From: Ignavibacteriota bacterium
GTDB taxonomy: Bacteria; Bacteroidota; Ignavibacteria; UBA10030; CAVZMI01
Assembly (NCBI GenBank): GCA_963776275.1
Contig: CAVZMI010000038.1
Location: forward strand, 1-64,000
DNA: 64,000 bases
Direction of reading: 5' to 3'
Part shown: positions 1 through 8,988 of the stretch, piece after piece
How positions within the stretch are numbered: position 1 is the stretch's first letter
Layout: every line of letters starts with the position of its first letter
The notes under the pieces: generated by a model
The model's input: the letters and a program-made list of their open reading frames with translations, nothing else
What the model was told of the DNA's origin: nothing
Database searches by the model: none
Program-made: the position numbers and the translations under genes

Positions 1-396
1 CAAATCCGTGGAAGTGACGATATCGAATTTTGAGTTTCGCCGGGGATCGTGCAGGCGCTTGGCGGTGGTTTCGCGTCGCGACCTGCGCAGCGCTTCAGCT
101 TGAGCTTTTCCGCGACCTTCTGCCAGCGCTTCCGAGAAGTTGGCAAAAAGGACGGTGAACCAGAGCCATAGCGATACACCGCCGATGTACCACGCGGGTG
201 CCTCACCGGTGCCGAGGAGCGCCTGGATCCATAGTGCCGACGTTAACACGCTACCAATTTCAACGACGAACATCACAGGATTCCGAATCATCCATCGGGG
301 ATTCAGTTTCCAGACCGAATCGATCATCGCACGTCGATACATTGTCCCGGTCAATCCGACCGGTTTCTTAAGCTGCTGTGAAACGGGAGTTGCCAT
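1..396 (-). CDS. kdpB: K+-transporting ATPase subunit B, 5' part (runs off window)
   Basis: Manual translation [49 protein letters not shown]... and [21 protein letters not shown] match the KdpB N-terminus; directly after kdpA. Confidence 0.95.
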   Translation of the reverse strand, partial: MATPVSQQLKKPVGLTGTMYRRAMIDSVWKLNPRWMIRNPVMFVVEIGSVLTSALWIQALLGTGEAPAWYIGGVSLWLWFTVLFANFSEALAEGRGKAQAEALRRSRRETTAKRLHDPRRNSKFDIVTSTDL

Positions 397-426
397 TATT
401 ATATTTTCCTTTTTTCTTCGAATATT

Positions 427-2169
427 TCAATGGATTATTAAGAAGTGTTCGATGATCGGACCGAGTGCAAGAGCCGGTAGAAAATTCAGCGCGCCGACAA
501 TAAGGACAACCGCAATTAGCCAGAAGATGAACAAAGGAGTATGGGTCGGAAGTGTCCCTTCGCTTGCAGGAATCAATTTCTTACGAGCAAGAGAACCGGC
601 AAGTGCTAGTGTCGGAACTGCAAGCCAGTATCTACCGATCAGCATTGCTAATCCACCCGTGATATTAAAGAAAGGAGTGTTGACACTCAATCCGGCGAAA
701 GCACTTCCGTTGTTATTACCCTGTGAAGTAAATGCATATAGAATTTCACTGAAACCGTGAGGACCGGGATTCGAAATCCCCGCTTTACCCGCGGCGGTCA
801 TCACAGCAAGTGCAGTAAAGATAAGAACCGTTATCGGCATGATAAGAATCAGAAGAGAAGCCATTTTCATCTCGTAGGCCTCGATCTTATGACCTAAATA
901 CTCCGGAGTTCGGCCAACGAGCAGTCCGGCCACAAATACTGCAACGATTACAAACACAAGCATGCCGTAAAGCCCCGATCCTACTCCGCCGAAAACAACT
1001 TCTCCGAGGTGCATCATTGTGAGGGGTATAAGCCCACCAAGCGGTGTAAACGAGTCGTGCATCGAGTTGACCGATCCGTTTGAAGCGGCTGTTGTGACTG
1101 TCGCCCAGAGTGCGGAATTTGGAACACCGAAGCGTACTTCTTTGCCTTCCATATTTCCGCCCGGATTGATCGTTGTGGAATGCTGATCGATGTCGAGAGA
1201 GCTTAGACCGGGATTCCCTGCCGATTCAACCTGGTATGCCACGGCTAATGCGGCGACAAGAATCATGGTCATCGCCGCAAGTAAAGCCCATCCCTGGCGT
1301 GTATCGCCGACCATGCGGCCATACATATAGCAAAGTGCGGCAGCGATCAGAAGGATGGATAGCTGCTCAAGAAAATTAGAGAGCGGTGTCGGATTCTCAA
1401 AAGGATGTGCAGAATTCACATTAAAGAATCCACCGCCGTTGGTGCCGAGCTGCTTGATGGCGATTTGCGATGCCGCAGGTCCCATGGCAATAACCTGTTC
1501 GGTGACAACTTTACCGTTCGTGTCCGTCGTCGGCTGGAGAAGGGGGACAGTTTTATAAGCCGAAAAATTCTGGATCGTTCCCTGTGAGACGAGGGCAAGC
1601 GCTAGAATAATTGAAAGAGGCAGCAAAATATACAGGATGCTGCGTGTAAGATCGAACCAGAAATTGCCAAGAGTCTTTGCAGAATGGCGGGCGATGCCGC
1701 GGATAATGAGCGTGAGAGTAGCAATGCCCGTAGCCGCAGAGACGAAATTCTGGACCGTTAATGCCAGCATTTGAGTCAGATAGCTCATCGTCGTTTCACC
1801 GCCGTACCCCTGCCAATTTGTGTTCGAGGCAAAACTGACTGCAGTATTAAAGGAAGAATCCGGAGAGACTGCGTCGAGTCCCTGTGGATTCAGAGGCAGC
1901 AAATGCTGCAGCCGTTGAAAAGCATAGACAATGAATAATCCGACAATATTGAATAGCAGCATCGCAATCGCGTTTTGCTTCCAATCCATTTCCTCGTCGG
2001 GGTTGATTCTTGCTAACCGGTAGATGAGGCGTTCCACTGGGCCGAGGACCGGATCGAGAAATGTCCGCTCCTTTTGAAACACCCGGGCCATAAATGCACC
2101 GAGCGGTTTTACAAGGAGAATCAGTACCGCAAGGTAAAATACGATTTGAAGAATTCCATTGAGTGTCAT
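427..2169 (-). CDS. kdpA: K+-transporting ATPase subunit A
   Basis: NTNWQGYGGE, KQLGTNGGG, GNMEGKEVRFG, NNGSAFAGL motifs; start set at MTLNGILQ, overlapping the kdpF stop. Confidence 0.97.
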   Translation of the reverse strand: MTLNGILQIVFYLAVLILLVKPLGAFMARVFQKERTFLDPVLGPVERLIYRLARINPDEEMDWKQNAIAMLLFNIVGLFIVYAFQRLQHLLPLNPQGLDAVSPDSSFNTAVSFASNTNWQGYGGETTMSYLTQMLALTVQNFVSAATGIATLTLIIRGIARHSAKTLGNFWFDLTRSILYILLPLSIILALALVSQGTIQNFSAYKTVPLLQPTTDTNGKVVTEQVIAMGPAASQIAIKQLGTNGGGFFNVNSAHPFENPTPLSNFLEQLSILLIAAALCYMYGRMVGDTRQGWALLAAMTMILVAALAVAYQVESAGNPGLSSLDIDQHSTTINPGGNMEGKEVRFGVPNSALWATVTTAASNGSVNSMHDSFTPLGGLIPLTMMHLGEVVFGGVGSGLYGMLVFVIVAVFVAGLLVGRTPEYLGHKIEAYEMKMASLLILIMPITVLIFTALAVMTAAGKAGISNPGPHGFSEILYAFTSQGNNNGSAFAGLSVNTPFFNITGGLAMLIGRYWLAVPTLALAGSLARKKLIPASEGTLPTHTPLFIFWLIAVVLIVGALNFLPALALGPIIEHFLIIH

Positions 2170-2258
2170 TCGAATATCTCCGGTTTCAGTAGTACGATAA
2201 AAAGATAGACGAGAAGACCGAATGCGATGAGTCCGGATATGAGATAGATCGCGTTCAT
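2166..2258 (-). CDS. kdpF: KdpF small membrane subunit (30 aa)
   Basis: Manual translation MNAIYLISGLIAFGLLVYLFIVLLKPEIFE with the KdpF YL..LL.PE.F signature; ATGA overlap with kdpA. Confidence 0.92.
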   Translation of the reverse strand: MNAIYLISGLIAFGLLVYLFIVLLKPEIFE

Positions 2259-2362
2259 GATTTTTCTCCCGATTTATTCTGTCCGAGAATTTCACACAGC
2301 CGCATCAGGCCCCAGGTCAGTAGAAAGAATGCGGCAACGATGGCGATATAGATGATGTCCAT
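2255..2362 (-). CDS. Small hydrophobic kdp-associated peptide (35 aa, KdpZ-like)
   Basis: MDIIYIAIVAAFFLLTWGLMRLCEILGQNKSGEKS; AAGGAG RBS inside the kdpC end; ATGA overlap with kdpF. Confidence 0.75.
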   Translation of the reverse strand: MDIIYIAIVAAFFLLTWGLMRLCEILGQNKSGEKS

Positions 2363-2364
2363 TG

Positions 2365-2958
2365 CTATTTCTCCTTTTGCAGCGGTTTATACGAATCGAG
2401 GGCGAGGTTCAAATTGAGCACATTTACGCGCGGTTCACCTAGGAAACCGAGATCCCTCGATTCTGTATATCGGTCGACAAGAGAGCGGACGTTAGTCTCC
2501 GATAATTTTCTTTCGCGTGCAACGCGCGGAACCTGATAGAGTGCGGCCGCAACACTGATGTGCGGATCGAGTCCGCTTCCCGATGCAGTTACGAGATCGA
2601 CCGGGACAGGTCGTGTATTAAGCGAGTCGGCGGTCTCAGGTCTCCGATCCGCTTTTTCGCCTGGTCGATGAGAGCCGGATTGAGCCGGCCCATAGTTTGA
2701 TCCGCTGGACGCGCCGGCGTTGTATGCATACGGACCGGTTGCTGAGGGACGACTCCAGAAATATTTCGGATCGCTGAACGGCTGACCGATGAGCTCCGAG
2801 CCGAGAATTTTTCCGTCTTTCTCGATGAAGCTTCCGTTTGCTTTCTGAGGGAATATGAGTTGTGCAATCCCGGTCACGACTAGCGGATACAATATCCCCG
2901 TCAAAACCGTAAACACAGCGATCGCGATTATTGATGTACGAAGCTGTTTGTAGAACAT
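2365..2958 (-). CDS. kdpC: K+-transporting ATPase subunit C (two compensating indels ~2634-2686)
   Basis: GSELIGQPF, YFWSRPSA, VTASGSGLDPHIS, GEPRVNVLNLNLALD; expected LNPALIDQAKKRI segment lies in another frame. Confidence 0.93.
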   Translation of the reverse strand: MFYKQLRTSIIAIAVFTVLTGILYPLVVTGIAQLIFPQKANGSFIEKDGKILGSELIGQPFSDPKYFWSRPSATGPYAYNAGASSGSNYGPAQSGSHRPGEKADRRPETADSLNTRPVPVDLVTASGSGLDPHISVAAALYQVPRVARERKLSETNVRSLVDRYTESRDLGFLGEPRVNVLNLNLALDSYKPLQKEK

Positions 2959-3030
2959 TGGTGTTCCTTATTTAAATATCTATTGCTTTTTCTTGAGTGT
3001 AATATTCCTATTGCTTGTTGAAAAAAGCAA

Positions 3031-3079
3031 TTAAGAGCATATAAAAAGGTGGGAAAGGAGCATAAGAAATTTATAAAGA
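3031..3079 (-). promoter_or_regulatory. Putative KdpE-type direct-repeat operators
   Basis: Minus strand reads TCTTTATAAATTTCTTAT and TTTTTATATGCTCTTA upstream of kdpC, resembling T-rich TTTATA repeats bound by KdpE. Confidence 0.45.
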
Positions 3080-3225
3080 TGGAGGGAATCAGCGTACAAA
3101 TGTTGGTTAGAGGGATTATTTGACTTTTCTATTTTATTCAGTACATTACGCTTGAATTCCTGTCTTAAGATATCATTACGAGCAGTAGAACACCTCCCGT
3201 GCTCACCGATATCCAGAGGATGAAC

Positions 3226-4026
3226 ATGCGATTACATCTATCATTACACCCCCAGCGCGAACATACAGCGATACCTTTCAATTATACATATGCGCTCTCA
3301 TCGGCGATATATCGATGGATTGAAGAGTCTTCAATAGAATATTCTTCATTCCTCCATGATAAAGGATTTTCAATTGAAGGTACGGTAAAGAAATTTCGCC
3401 ACTTTTGCTTCTCACAACTCAATATACCTCAACGAAAAATATACAACAGCAGTATAAAAATACTCTCATCGACGGTTGACTGGTACGTTTCGATGCCGGT
3501 GGAAGAATCGGTGCAGCACCTCGTAACGGGAATTTTCGAACGGCGGGAATTTTTCATCGGGGATGAAGAGAACCGCTTCGTTGTCGAGCAGGTAGAGACT
3601 CTTCCGGATCCGCCGTGGGAACGTACGATGAAGTTCAGAATGCTCTCGCCCGTTACCGTATCGGTACCTGAAGATCGCAATGGAAAGTATATGCCGCACT
3701 ATCTTCAGCCCGATGATCCGCATCTCAATGAGGCGTTACGCAAAAACATTCTCAATAAATATCTCTCTCTTTATAATCATCTCCCTTCCGATTCCGATTT
3801 CCTGTGTACGCTGGATAAGAAGTTCATTTCTGATCGGGGTGGAATAACTAAGATTACTAAACTTATCACGATAAAAGAGGGACGGCATGATGAAACAAAA
3901 GTTCGAGGCTTCATGTGCCCAATCGCTATTGAGGGAAATCCCGATTTAATCAAGCTCACATACGAAAGCGGATTGGGTGAGAAAGGATCTATGGGATTTG
4001 GGATGATTGAATACAGCAGAACGTGA
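3226..4026 (+). CDS. cas6: CRISPR endoribonuclease Cas6 (copy 1)
   Basis: FLHDKGF..FCFS motif and C-terminal GLGEKGSMGFG glycine loop; GAGGA RBS. Confidence 0.93.
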   Translation: MRLHLSLHPQREHTAIPFNYTYALSSAIYRWIEESSIEYSSFLHDKGFSIEGTVKKFRHFCFSQLNIPQRKIYNSSIKILSSTVDWYVSMPVEESVQHLVTGIFERREFFIGDEENRFVVEQVETLPDPPWERTMKFRMLSPVTVSVPEDRNGKYMPHYLQPDDPHLNEALRKNILNKYLSLYNHLPSDSDFLCTLDKKFISDRGGITKITKLITIKEGRHDETKVRGFMCPIAIEGNPDLIKLTYESGLGEKGSMGFGMIEYSRT

Positions 4027-4192
4027 CCTTCTGCGTAGGTAATGCGTGTTTGATGGTCACCTTCCCAAAAAAGTTAAAATTGGAGCTCTTTTTTCTTGAT
4101 AGTTTGTATAATATAAAAAGCAGGATTCCTGCTGACACCATTCGCTTATAACATGAGAAATACCGCTATACAAAACGGAGGAGAAAAATAAA

Positions 4193-4849
4193 ATGAGGTT
4201 CTATTTTGAGCTATCGCCGAATACAGTACCAGTGCCGTTCGATTACCAGCATTTTCTGATCGGCACGTTTCATAAGTGGCTGAGGAGAAATGAATTGCAT
4301 GACGGGATAAGTCTATATTCGCTAAGCTGGCTGTCGGGTGGTAAGCGAAAAAGTGATGGTCTGGATTTTACAAACGGAGCAAAATGGTTTGTGAGCTTAT
4401 TTGAGATCGATAGCGCCAAGAAACTCCTTAGTTCAGTATTGAGAGATCCAAATGTTTGCTGTGGGATGAAGGTGACCGGAGTCCAAATTGCAGAACCTCC
4501 ACAATTGACAACGAACCAAAGGTTTCTTGTAGCGACTCCGGTATTAGTGAAGAAGTTTGATGGCAAGGACATCAGGCATATGACTTTTACTGAGAAAGAG
4601 GCAGATAGCGTGTTAACACAGACACTGCAGAGTAAAATGAAAATTGTCGGGATCAATGACGCTTCAGCAACGGTAGAATTCGACAGAACTTATCCGAAGG
4701 CAAGAACAAAACTTGTTACAATCAAAGGCATTCACAACAGAGCAAGTCTTTGTCCCGTTATTGTGAAAGGAACTCCTCAGTCAGTAACATTTGCTTGGGA
4801 AGTAGGGGTTGGCCATTCAACAGGAAGCGGTTTCGGAGCACTTTGTTAA
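4193..4849 (+). CDS. cas6: CRISPR endoribonuclease Cas6 (copy 2)
   Basis: NELHDGISLYSLSWL and GVGHSTGSGFG glycine loop; GGAGG RBS. Confidence 0.92.
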   Translation: MRFYFELSPNTVPVPFDYQHFLIGTFHKWLRRNELHDGISLYSLSWLSGGKRKSDGLDFTNGAKWFVSLFEIDSAKKLLSSVLRDPNVCCGMKVTGVQIAEPPQLTTNQRFLVATPVLVKKFDGKDIRHMTFTEKEADSVLTQTLQSKMKIVGINDASATVEFDRTYPKARTKLVTIKGIHNRASLCPVIVKGTPQSVTFAWEVGVGHSTGSGFGALC

Positions 4850-4864
4850 AAGAAAGGAACGACC

Positions 4865-5491
4865 ATGATTTATATTGTTAAATATGCAGGACCGTTCGGC
4901 TTCATTAAACCATGGACGGCCGTGAGAGATAATGAGACCTATAGCCAAAACTTTCTTACGCCTTCGATTATCGAAGGAATAGAGAAAAAAATCTTTCCAG
5001 AATTACTGGAACAAAAAAAGTATCAGAAAAGAATTGTACGACATCGATTGACATATACTGGATTATCAAAACAACAGGAACAAACACAACCGCGCGGTAT
5101 AAGTATTACCATCAAAAAGAAAGAGAGAACTGCTGTCATAGATAGACCGCGGTCAATTTTAACGCGTGGCGTTTTGCTCAATCCGATTCTTTATCTAGCA
5201 TTCTCCAAACTTGAATTTGCCGAACGTGCATTGCAACAGCACATTTGTCTGTGCCGTAATGAGGATGTTTTACTACCTGTTGAATTTCCGACGTGTGAGT
5301 TGATCTTAAAAATAAACGAAGAAGAATTCGACGAACCGGATAACGGGTTCAATGGATTTGAGTTGCGTTTTGGAAAAACAAAGCAATCCTTCATCGTCGG
5401 ATTCAATCGTTTTGATGACAGTAAGCCGATGTATGGATGGCTTCATATTGTCGGCAATAACCCGTTAATATCACAGGTAGCTTCTCGATGA
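4865..5491 (+). CDS. cas5: Cas5-like Cascade subunit (divergent)
   Basis: N-terminal GPFGFIKP...TPS.IEG pattern typical of the Cas5 RAMP; size and position in the cas operon. Confidence 0.72.
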   Translation: MIYIVKYAGPFGFIKPWTAVRDNETYSQNFLTPSIIEGIEKKIFPELLEQKKYQKRIVRHRLTYTGLSKQQEQTQPRGISITIKKKERTAVIDRPRSILTRGVLLNPILYLAFSKLEFAERALQQHICLCRNEDVLLPVEFPTCELILKINEEEFDEPDNGFNGFELRFGKTKQSFIVGFNRFDDSKPMYGWLHIVGNNPLISQVASR

Positions 5492-7623
5492 ATCCACTGC
5501 AAGACATATATGCTAAAAGTATGAATAACGGCGGAACACTTTTAGCCGATCATTTACGTCATGTTGCTGCTGTAGCAGAAAGGGTTGCCGAGGCAGCAGG
5601 TCTAGATAAACGTCTTGCACGGCTCGGAGGGTACTTACACGATATTGGCAAAGCGCATCCCGATTTCCAGCGAAAGTTGACAAATAATAGGAACGATAAT
5701 TTTGGCATCACTTTCCGACATGAAATTGCATCACTTTTATTCCTTCCGTTATTCCCGAAAGAAGATTGGAACATACTGGTTGATATGATTGTTGCTCATC
5801 ATCGTTCCATTCGCCAGGATGCACGCGATCAGGGAATATTGGATTTAGAAAATATAGAAGGAAGTGATGAGGTATTTGAAAGGCATGTTGAGCCGTGGGA
5901 AGAATGGTCGCCAGTAGCTCTTGCTATTCTGTCTGTTGTTGGCATCTCTATTCGAAGCATAGCAAGAGATGAAACGTTAGAAGCGTTCCGGTATGTTATG
6001 AAATATTGCTCGGAAAAATCACTCGGTTGGTCGAAATGGAAAGGTGTGCTTGTCGGGGCAGACCATTTTGCCTCTGGTTTGTGTGAAAAAATAGATGCCC
6101 ATCTCTTAACGATATTCCAAACTCCCGATCTCTCATCATTTAATAATCGGGCGAATACTTTATTTCCTTTATCTCTTCTTCCTGTCGATGATGAGAGACC
6201 GCATACTCTTGTTGTTGCACCAACGGGATCTGGAAAAACCGATTTTCTGATGCGCCGCTGTCAAAACAGAGTATTCTATACATTGCCCTTTCAAGCCTCT
6301 ATCAATGCTATGTACGAACGATTCCGACAGCAGCTTCCGAATCAAGCTGAAATTCGGCTGCTTCACGCATCATCAAGATTGATGGTGAAAGGAAGTGAAT
6401 CGTATGAAGAAAAAGTTTTGCAAGATAAAGTCGGTGCATCCATTAAAGTATTGACGCCTCATCAATTAGCATCTTTGATTTGTGGAACGCGTGGCTTCGA
6501 AGCGCTTGCTGTGGATATCATGGGGAATGATGTCGTTTTGGATGAAATTCATTCGTATTCCGAGGTCGCGCAGTCTATGGTTTTAGAAATAATCAAAGGG
6601 TTGTTAAAATTACGGTGCCGAATTCATATTGGCAGTGCAACAATGCCTTTGGTTTTGCAAAAGAAAATATTAAAACTTCTTGGTGGAAAGAAACAAACAT
6701 ACACCGTGTCATTGCCTCATAATACGCTTGATACATTCGATAGGCACATTGTATATAAGAATTCATCATTTGATGAAACACGGTGCATTATTCTACAAGC
6801 TCTACAAGAGAATAAAAAAGTCCTCATCGTATGCAATAGGGTAGATACAGCACAACAACGCTTCAAGGAATGCTGTGAACTTTTCCCCCATATACCGCAA
6901 ATGCTTCTTCATAGCCGATTTCGACGAAAGGATAGGGCGGAATTAGAAAAAGAACTTCGGGAAAAATTTGATTGCTATTCGAAAGCCTGCATAGTCGTTT
7001 CAACGCAAGTAGTAGAAGTAAGTTTGGATATTAGTTTTGATGTGATGATGACCGAGTGTGCTCCGTTTGACAGTCTCATCCAACGATTCGGACGCATCAA
7101 CAGGCGTAGAACCGAGGAGATTGTTCGGAATAGGATATTAAAGCCAGTATATGTTATTGAGCCGCCGGAAGACAGCAAAAAGTGTTTACCCTATACGCAT
7201 GAAATACTCGAACAAAGTTTTGCACAGTTACCGGATAAAGAAGTATTGCACGAGTGTGATCTCCAAAAAAAGATTGACGAGGTATTTCCAACTCTTAAAG
7301 AGATTTCCATTAACACTCATTTAGTATGGGAAAAGGATGAGTTTCTTTTGACGGAACTTTGTCATTTTCCCTCTTCTGTTCTGATGGAATCACTGAACAT
7401 CGAATCGGCAACCGCGATTCGATATTCAGATTTAGAGCAATATGAAAAGGGAGACAGTGAACAAAGGGTTAGCATCGAAATACCAATACCACGAACGGCA
7501 AGGTTCCGTAAATTCACGAATTATGGATATTCAAAATATGGAACCTGCCCAATTATTGTTCATGACAAATTATATAGTCCATCGCTAGGATTAGAATGGA
7601 AAGAAATAGATACAGTAATCTAA
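5488..7623 (+). CDS. cas3: Cas3 HD nuclease-helicase
   Basis: LHDIGK, RHE, AHH, ADH (HD domain); APTGSGKT, DEIH, SAT, STQVVEVSLDI, QRFGRINR (helicase). Confidence 0.97.
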   Translation: MNPLQDIYAKSMNNGGTLLADHLRHVAAVAERVAEAAGLDKRLARLGGYLHDIGKAHPDFQRKLTNNRNDNFGITFRHEIASLLFLPLFPKEDWNILVDMIVAHHRSIRQDARDQGILDLENIEGSDEVFERHVEPWEEWSPVALAILSVVGISIRSIARDETLEAFRYVMKYCSEKSLGWSKWKGVLVGADHFASGLCEKIDAHLLTIFQTPDLSSFNNRANTLFPLSLLPVDDERPHTLVVAPTGSGKTDFLMRRCQNRVFYTLPFQASINAMYERFRQQLPNQAEIRLLHASSRLMVKGSESYEEKVLQDKVGASIKVLTPHQLASLICGTRGFEALAVDIMGNDVVLDEIHSYSEVAQSMVLEIIKGLLKLRCRIHIGSATMPLVLQKKILKLLGGKKQTYTVSLPHNTLDTFDRHIVYKNSSFDETRCIILQALQENKKVLIVCNRVDTAQQRFKECCELFPHIPQMLLHSRFRRKDRAELEKELREKFDCYSKACIVVSTQVVEVSLDISFDVMMTECAPFDSLIQRFGRINRRRTEEIVRNRILKPVYVIEPPEDSKKCLPYTHEILEQSFAQLPDKEVLHECDLQKKIDEVFPTLKEISINTHLVWEKDEFLLTELCHFPSSVLMESLNIESATAIRYSDLEQYEKGDSEQRVSIEIPIPRTARFRKFTNYGYSKYGTCPIIVHDKLYSPSLGLEWKEIDTVI

Positions 7624-7635
7624 AAGGTGGAAGCT

Positions 7636-8955
7636 ATGTACACATCATTTATCGGACAGAGGTTTTTAGAAATAGTTAACAAAACACGCAAAAAGAAGTA
7701 TTCAGCAAAAGAATATTTTAAGAAAGAATACTTCCCGTTGTTCTATGATCATCCAAAATATTTACAAAGCCCTGCAAACACACCACTCTTTCAAGTTATT
7801 GCTCAGAAGAAAACAAATAATTCAAAAGCGCGTCATAATGCCTTTAATGAAATTGTTGAAAAAATTAACTCCTTTGCAGAATCAAAGAACAATTCTCCAG
7901 ATATGAGTTTTGGTTTAGGATTTGCTTCTGCCGATCTATTAGGTACAACATCAGGGCAGATCACATCACTAATATTGCCTTTTGAAGCCGAGGACATGTA
8001 TGCCTCTTGGATAGGTGCAGGTTTTGGGATAGGAATAGCAGGAGGATTGAATATTTTGCTTGAGGGACAAGAAATCTTAGAAGCGATTGAGGAAGGATGG
8101 AGTTTGTACAGGGAATATACCGACGAAAATAAAGGAATTGATAATAAAGTTGAGACTTGGAATGGTGTTTGGTTGGCACATAGATTCGGTGGAAATTATA
8201 AGCCACAGTCGCCAAGAGCTAATTTCCAACCAGTGAGTTCAGGAAAAGATGGAGTAGCAAAAATGGAGCGTCCGTCTTGGACTAATGTTTTGTTCACGCT
8301 CGCAAAGATTTATCCCAAACAAACATTGAATGGGTATGTTTATGGTTTTGGGCAGATGAACAGAACGATTGGCTTTGTTCGTTTTGCTTTACCGGAAGTA
8401 CATAAAATGTCGGAGCTATACCATACTCTCTTCGGTAAGAGCAAGATATTGTCCAATAAAGAACTTGCTCATATTTATGAATCTGAATTTGCGTTTTCTA
8501 CGGTGTGCGAAAGATTCAGCATGATTGGCTTACGTTCTTTTGAACCAAAAGATTTACGTAAATATATGCCCGGCAGATCCAGTTCGAATGAGATGCCAAA
8601 ACTTAAGGATGATGAAAAATCTCAAATAAACTATTCATTTTACATTACATGGGTGATAGCTATGCTTAATAACAAAAATCTTCTTGATTTGGCAGAAAAA
8701 GCTGCTCATGCGTTTCGAGAGTATGAAAAAGGAGGAAAGAAAGGAACTGTAAAGCGTGATAACGAAATAAAAGAACTACTATCCTCCCGCAATCGCAAAG
8801 AGTTGATCGATCAGCTTACTCTACTTGTTGAAGAAGAACCGAAGATATCTGAGGTATGTAATACTCTAGTCCATGAGTTAATGGAGAATATTGCAGTAGA
8901 CAATGTCCCACTTTTTGTAACGCTGATACGTTTCAAATATGCATTACCCAATTGA
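7636..8955 (+). CDS. cas8: Probable Cas8 large subunit (divergent)
   Basis: ~440 aa ORF between cas3 and cas7 with a helical C-terminus; call is positional. Confidence 0.62.
   Translation: MYTSFIGQRFLEIVNKTRKKKYSAKEYFKKEYFPLFYDHPKYLQSPANTPLFQVIAQKKTNNSKARHNAFNEIVEKINSFAESKNNSPDMSFGLGFASADLLGTTSGQITSLILPFEAEDMYASWIGAGFGIGIAGGLNILLEGQEILEAIEEGWSLYREYTDENKGIDNKVETWNGVWLAHRFGGNYKPQSPRANFQPVSSGKDGVAKMERPSWTNVLFTLAKIYPKQTLNGYVYGFGQMNRTIGFVRFALPEVHKMSELYHTLFGKSKILSNKELAHIYESEFAFSTVCERFSMIGLRSFEPKDLRKYMPGRSSSNEMPKLKDDEKSQINYSFYITWVIAMLNNKNLLDLAEKAAHAFREYEKGGKKGTVKRDNEIKELLSSRNRKELIDQLTLLVEEEPKISEVCNTLVHELMENIAVDNVPLFVTLIRFKYALPN
8662..8955 (+). CDS. Putative internally translated Cas11 small subunit (97 aa)
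   Basis: In-frame ATG (MLNNKNLLDLAEK...) preceded by GGGTGA SD-like sequence within cas8. Confidence 0.45.
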   Translation: MLNNKNLLDLAEKAAHAFREYEKGGKKGTVKRDNEIKELLSSRNRKELIDQLTLLVEEEPKISEVCNTLVHELMENIAVDNVPLFVTLIRFKYALPN

Positions 8956-8988
8956 TGGTAAAAATAACTTTAAATAAGGAGAACCAAT

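Noticed and set aside
140-760. 206-aa plus-strand ORF
   Set aside because: Antisense shadow of kdpA/kdpB
2954-3095. Short matches of trailer spacers to the kdp/cas promoter (AACATTG..GTGTTCC; GAATCAGCGT)
   Set aside because: At most 10 contiguous nt, gapped or outside the seed
4048-4086. Possible degenerate repeat (CreTA/CreR-like) between the cas6 genes
   Set aside because: Only weak gapped similarity (AAAGTTAAAATTGGAGC) and no second pseudo-repeat at spacer distance
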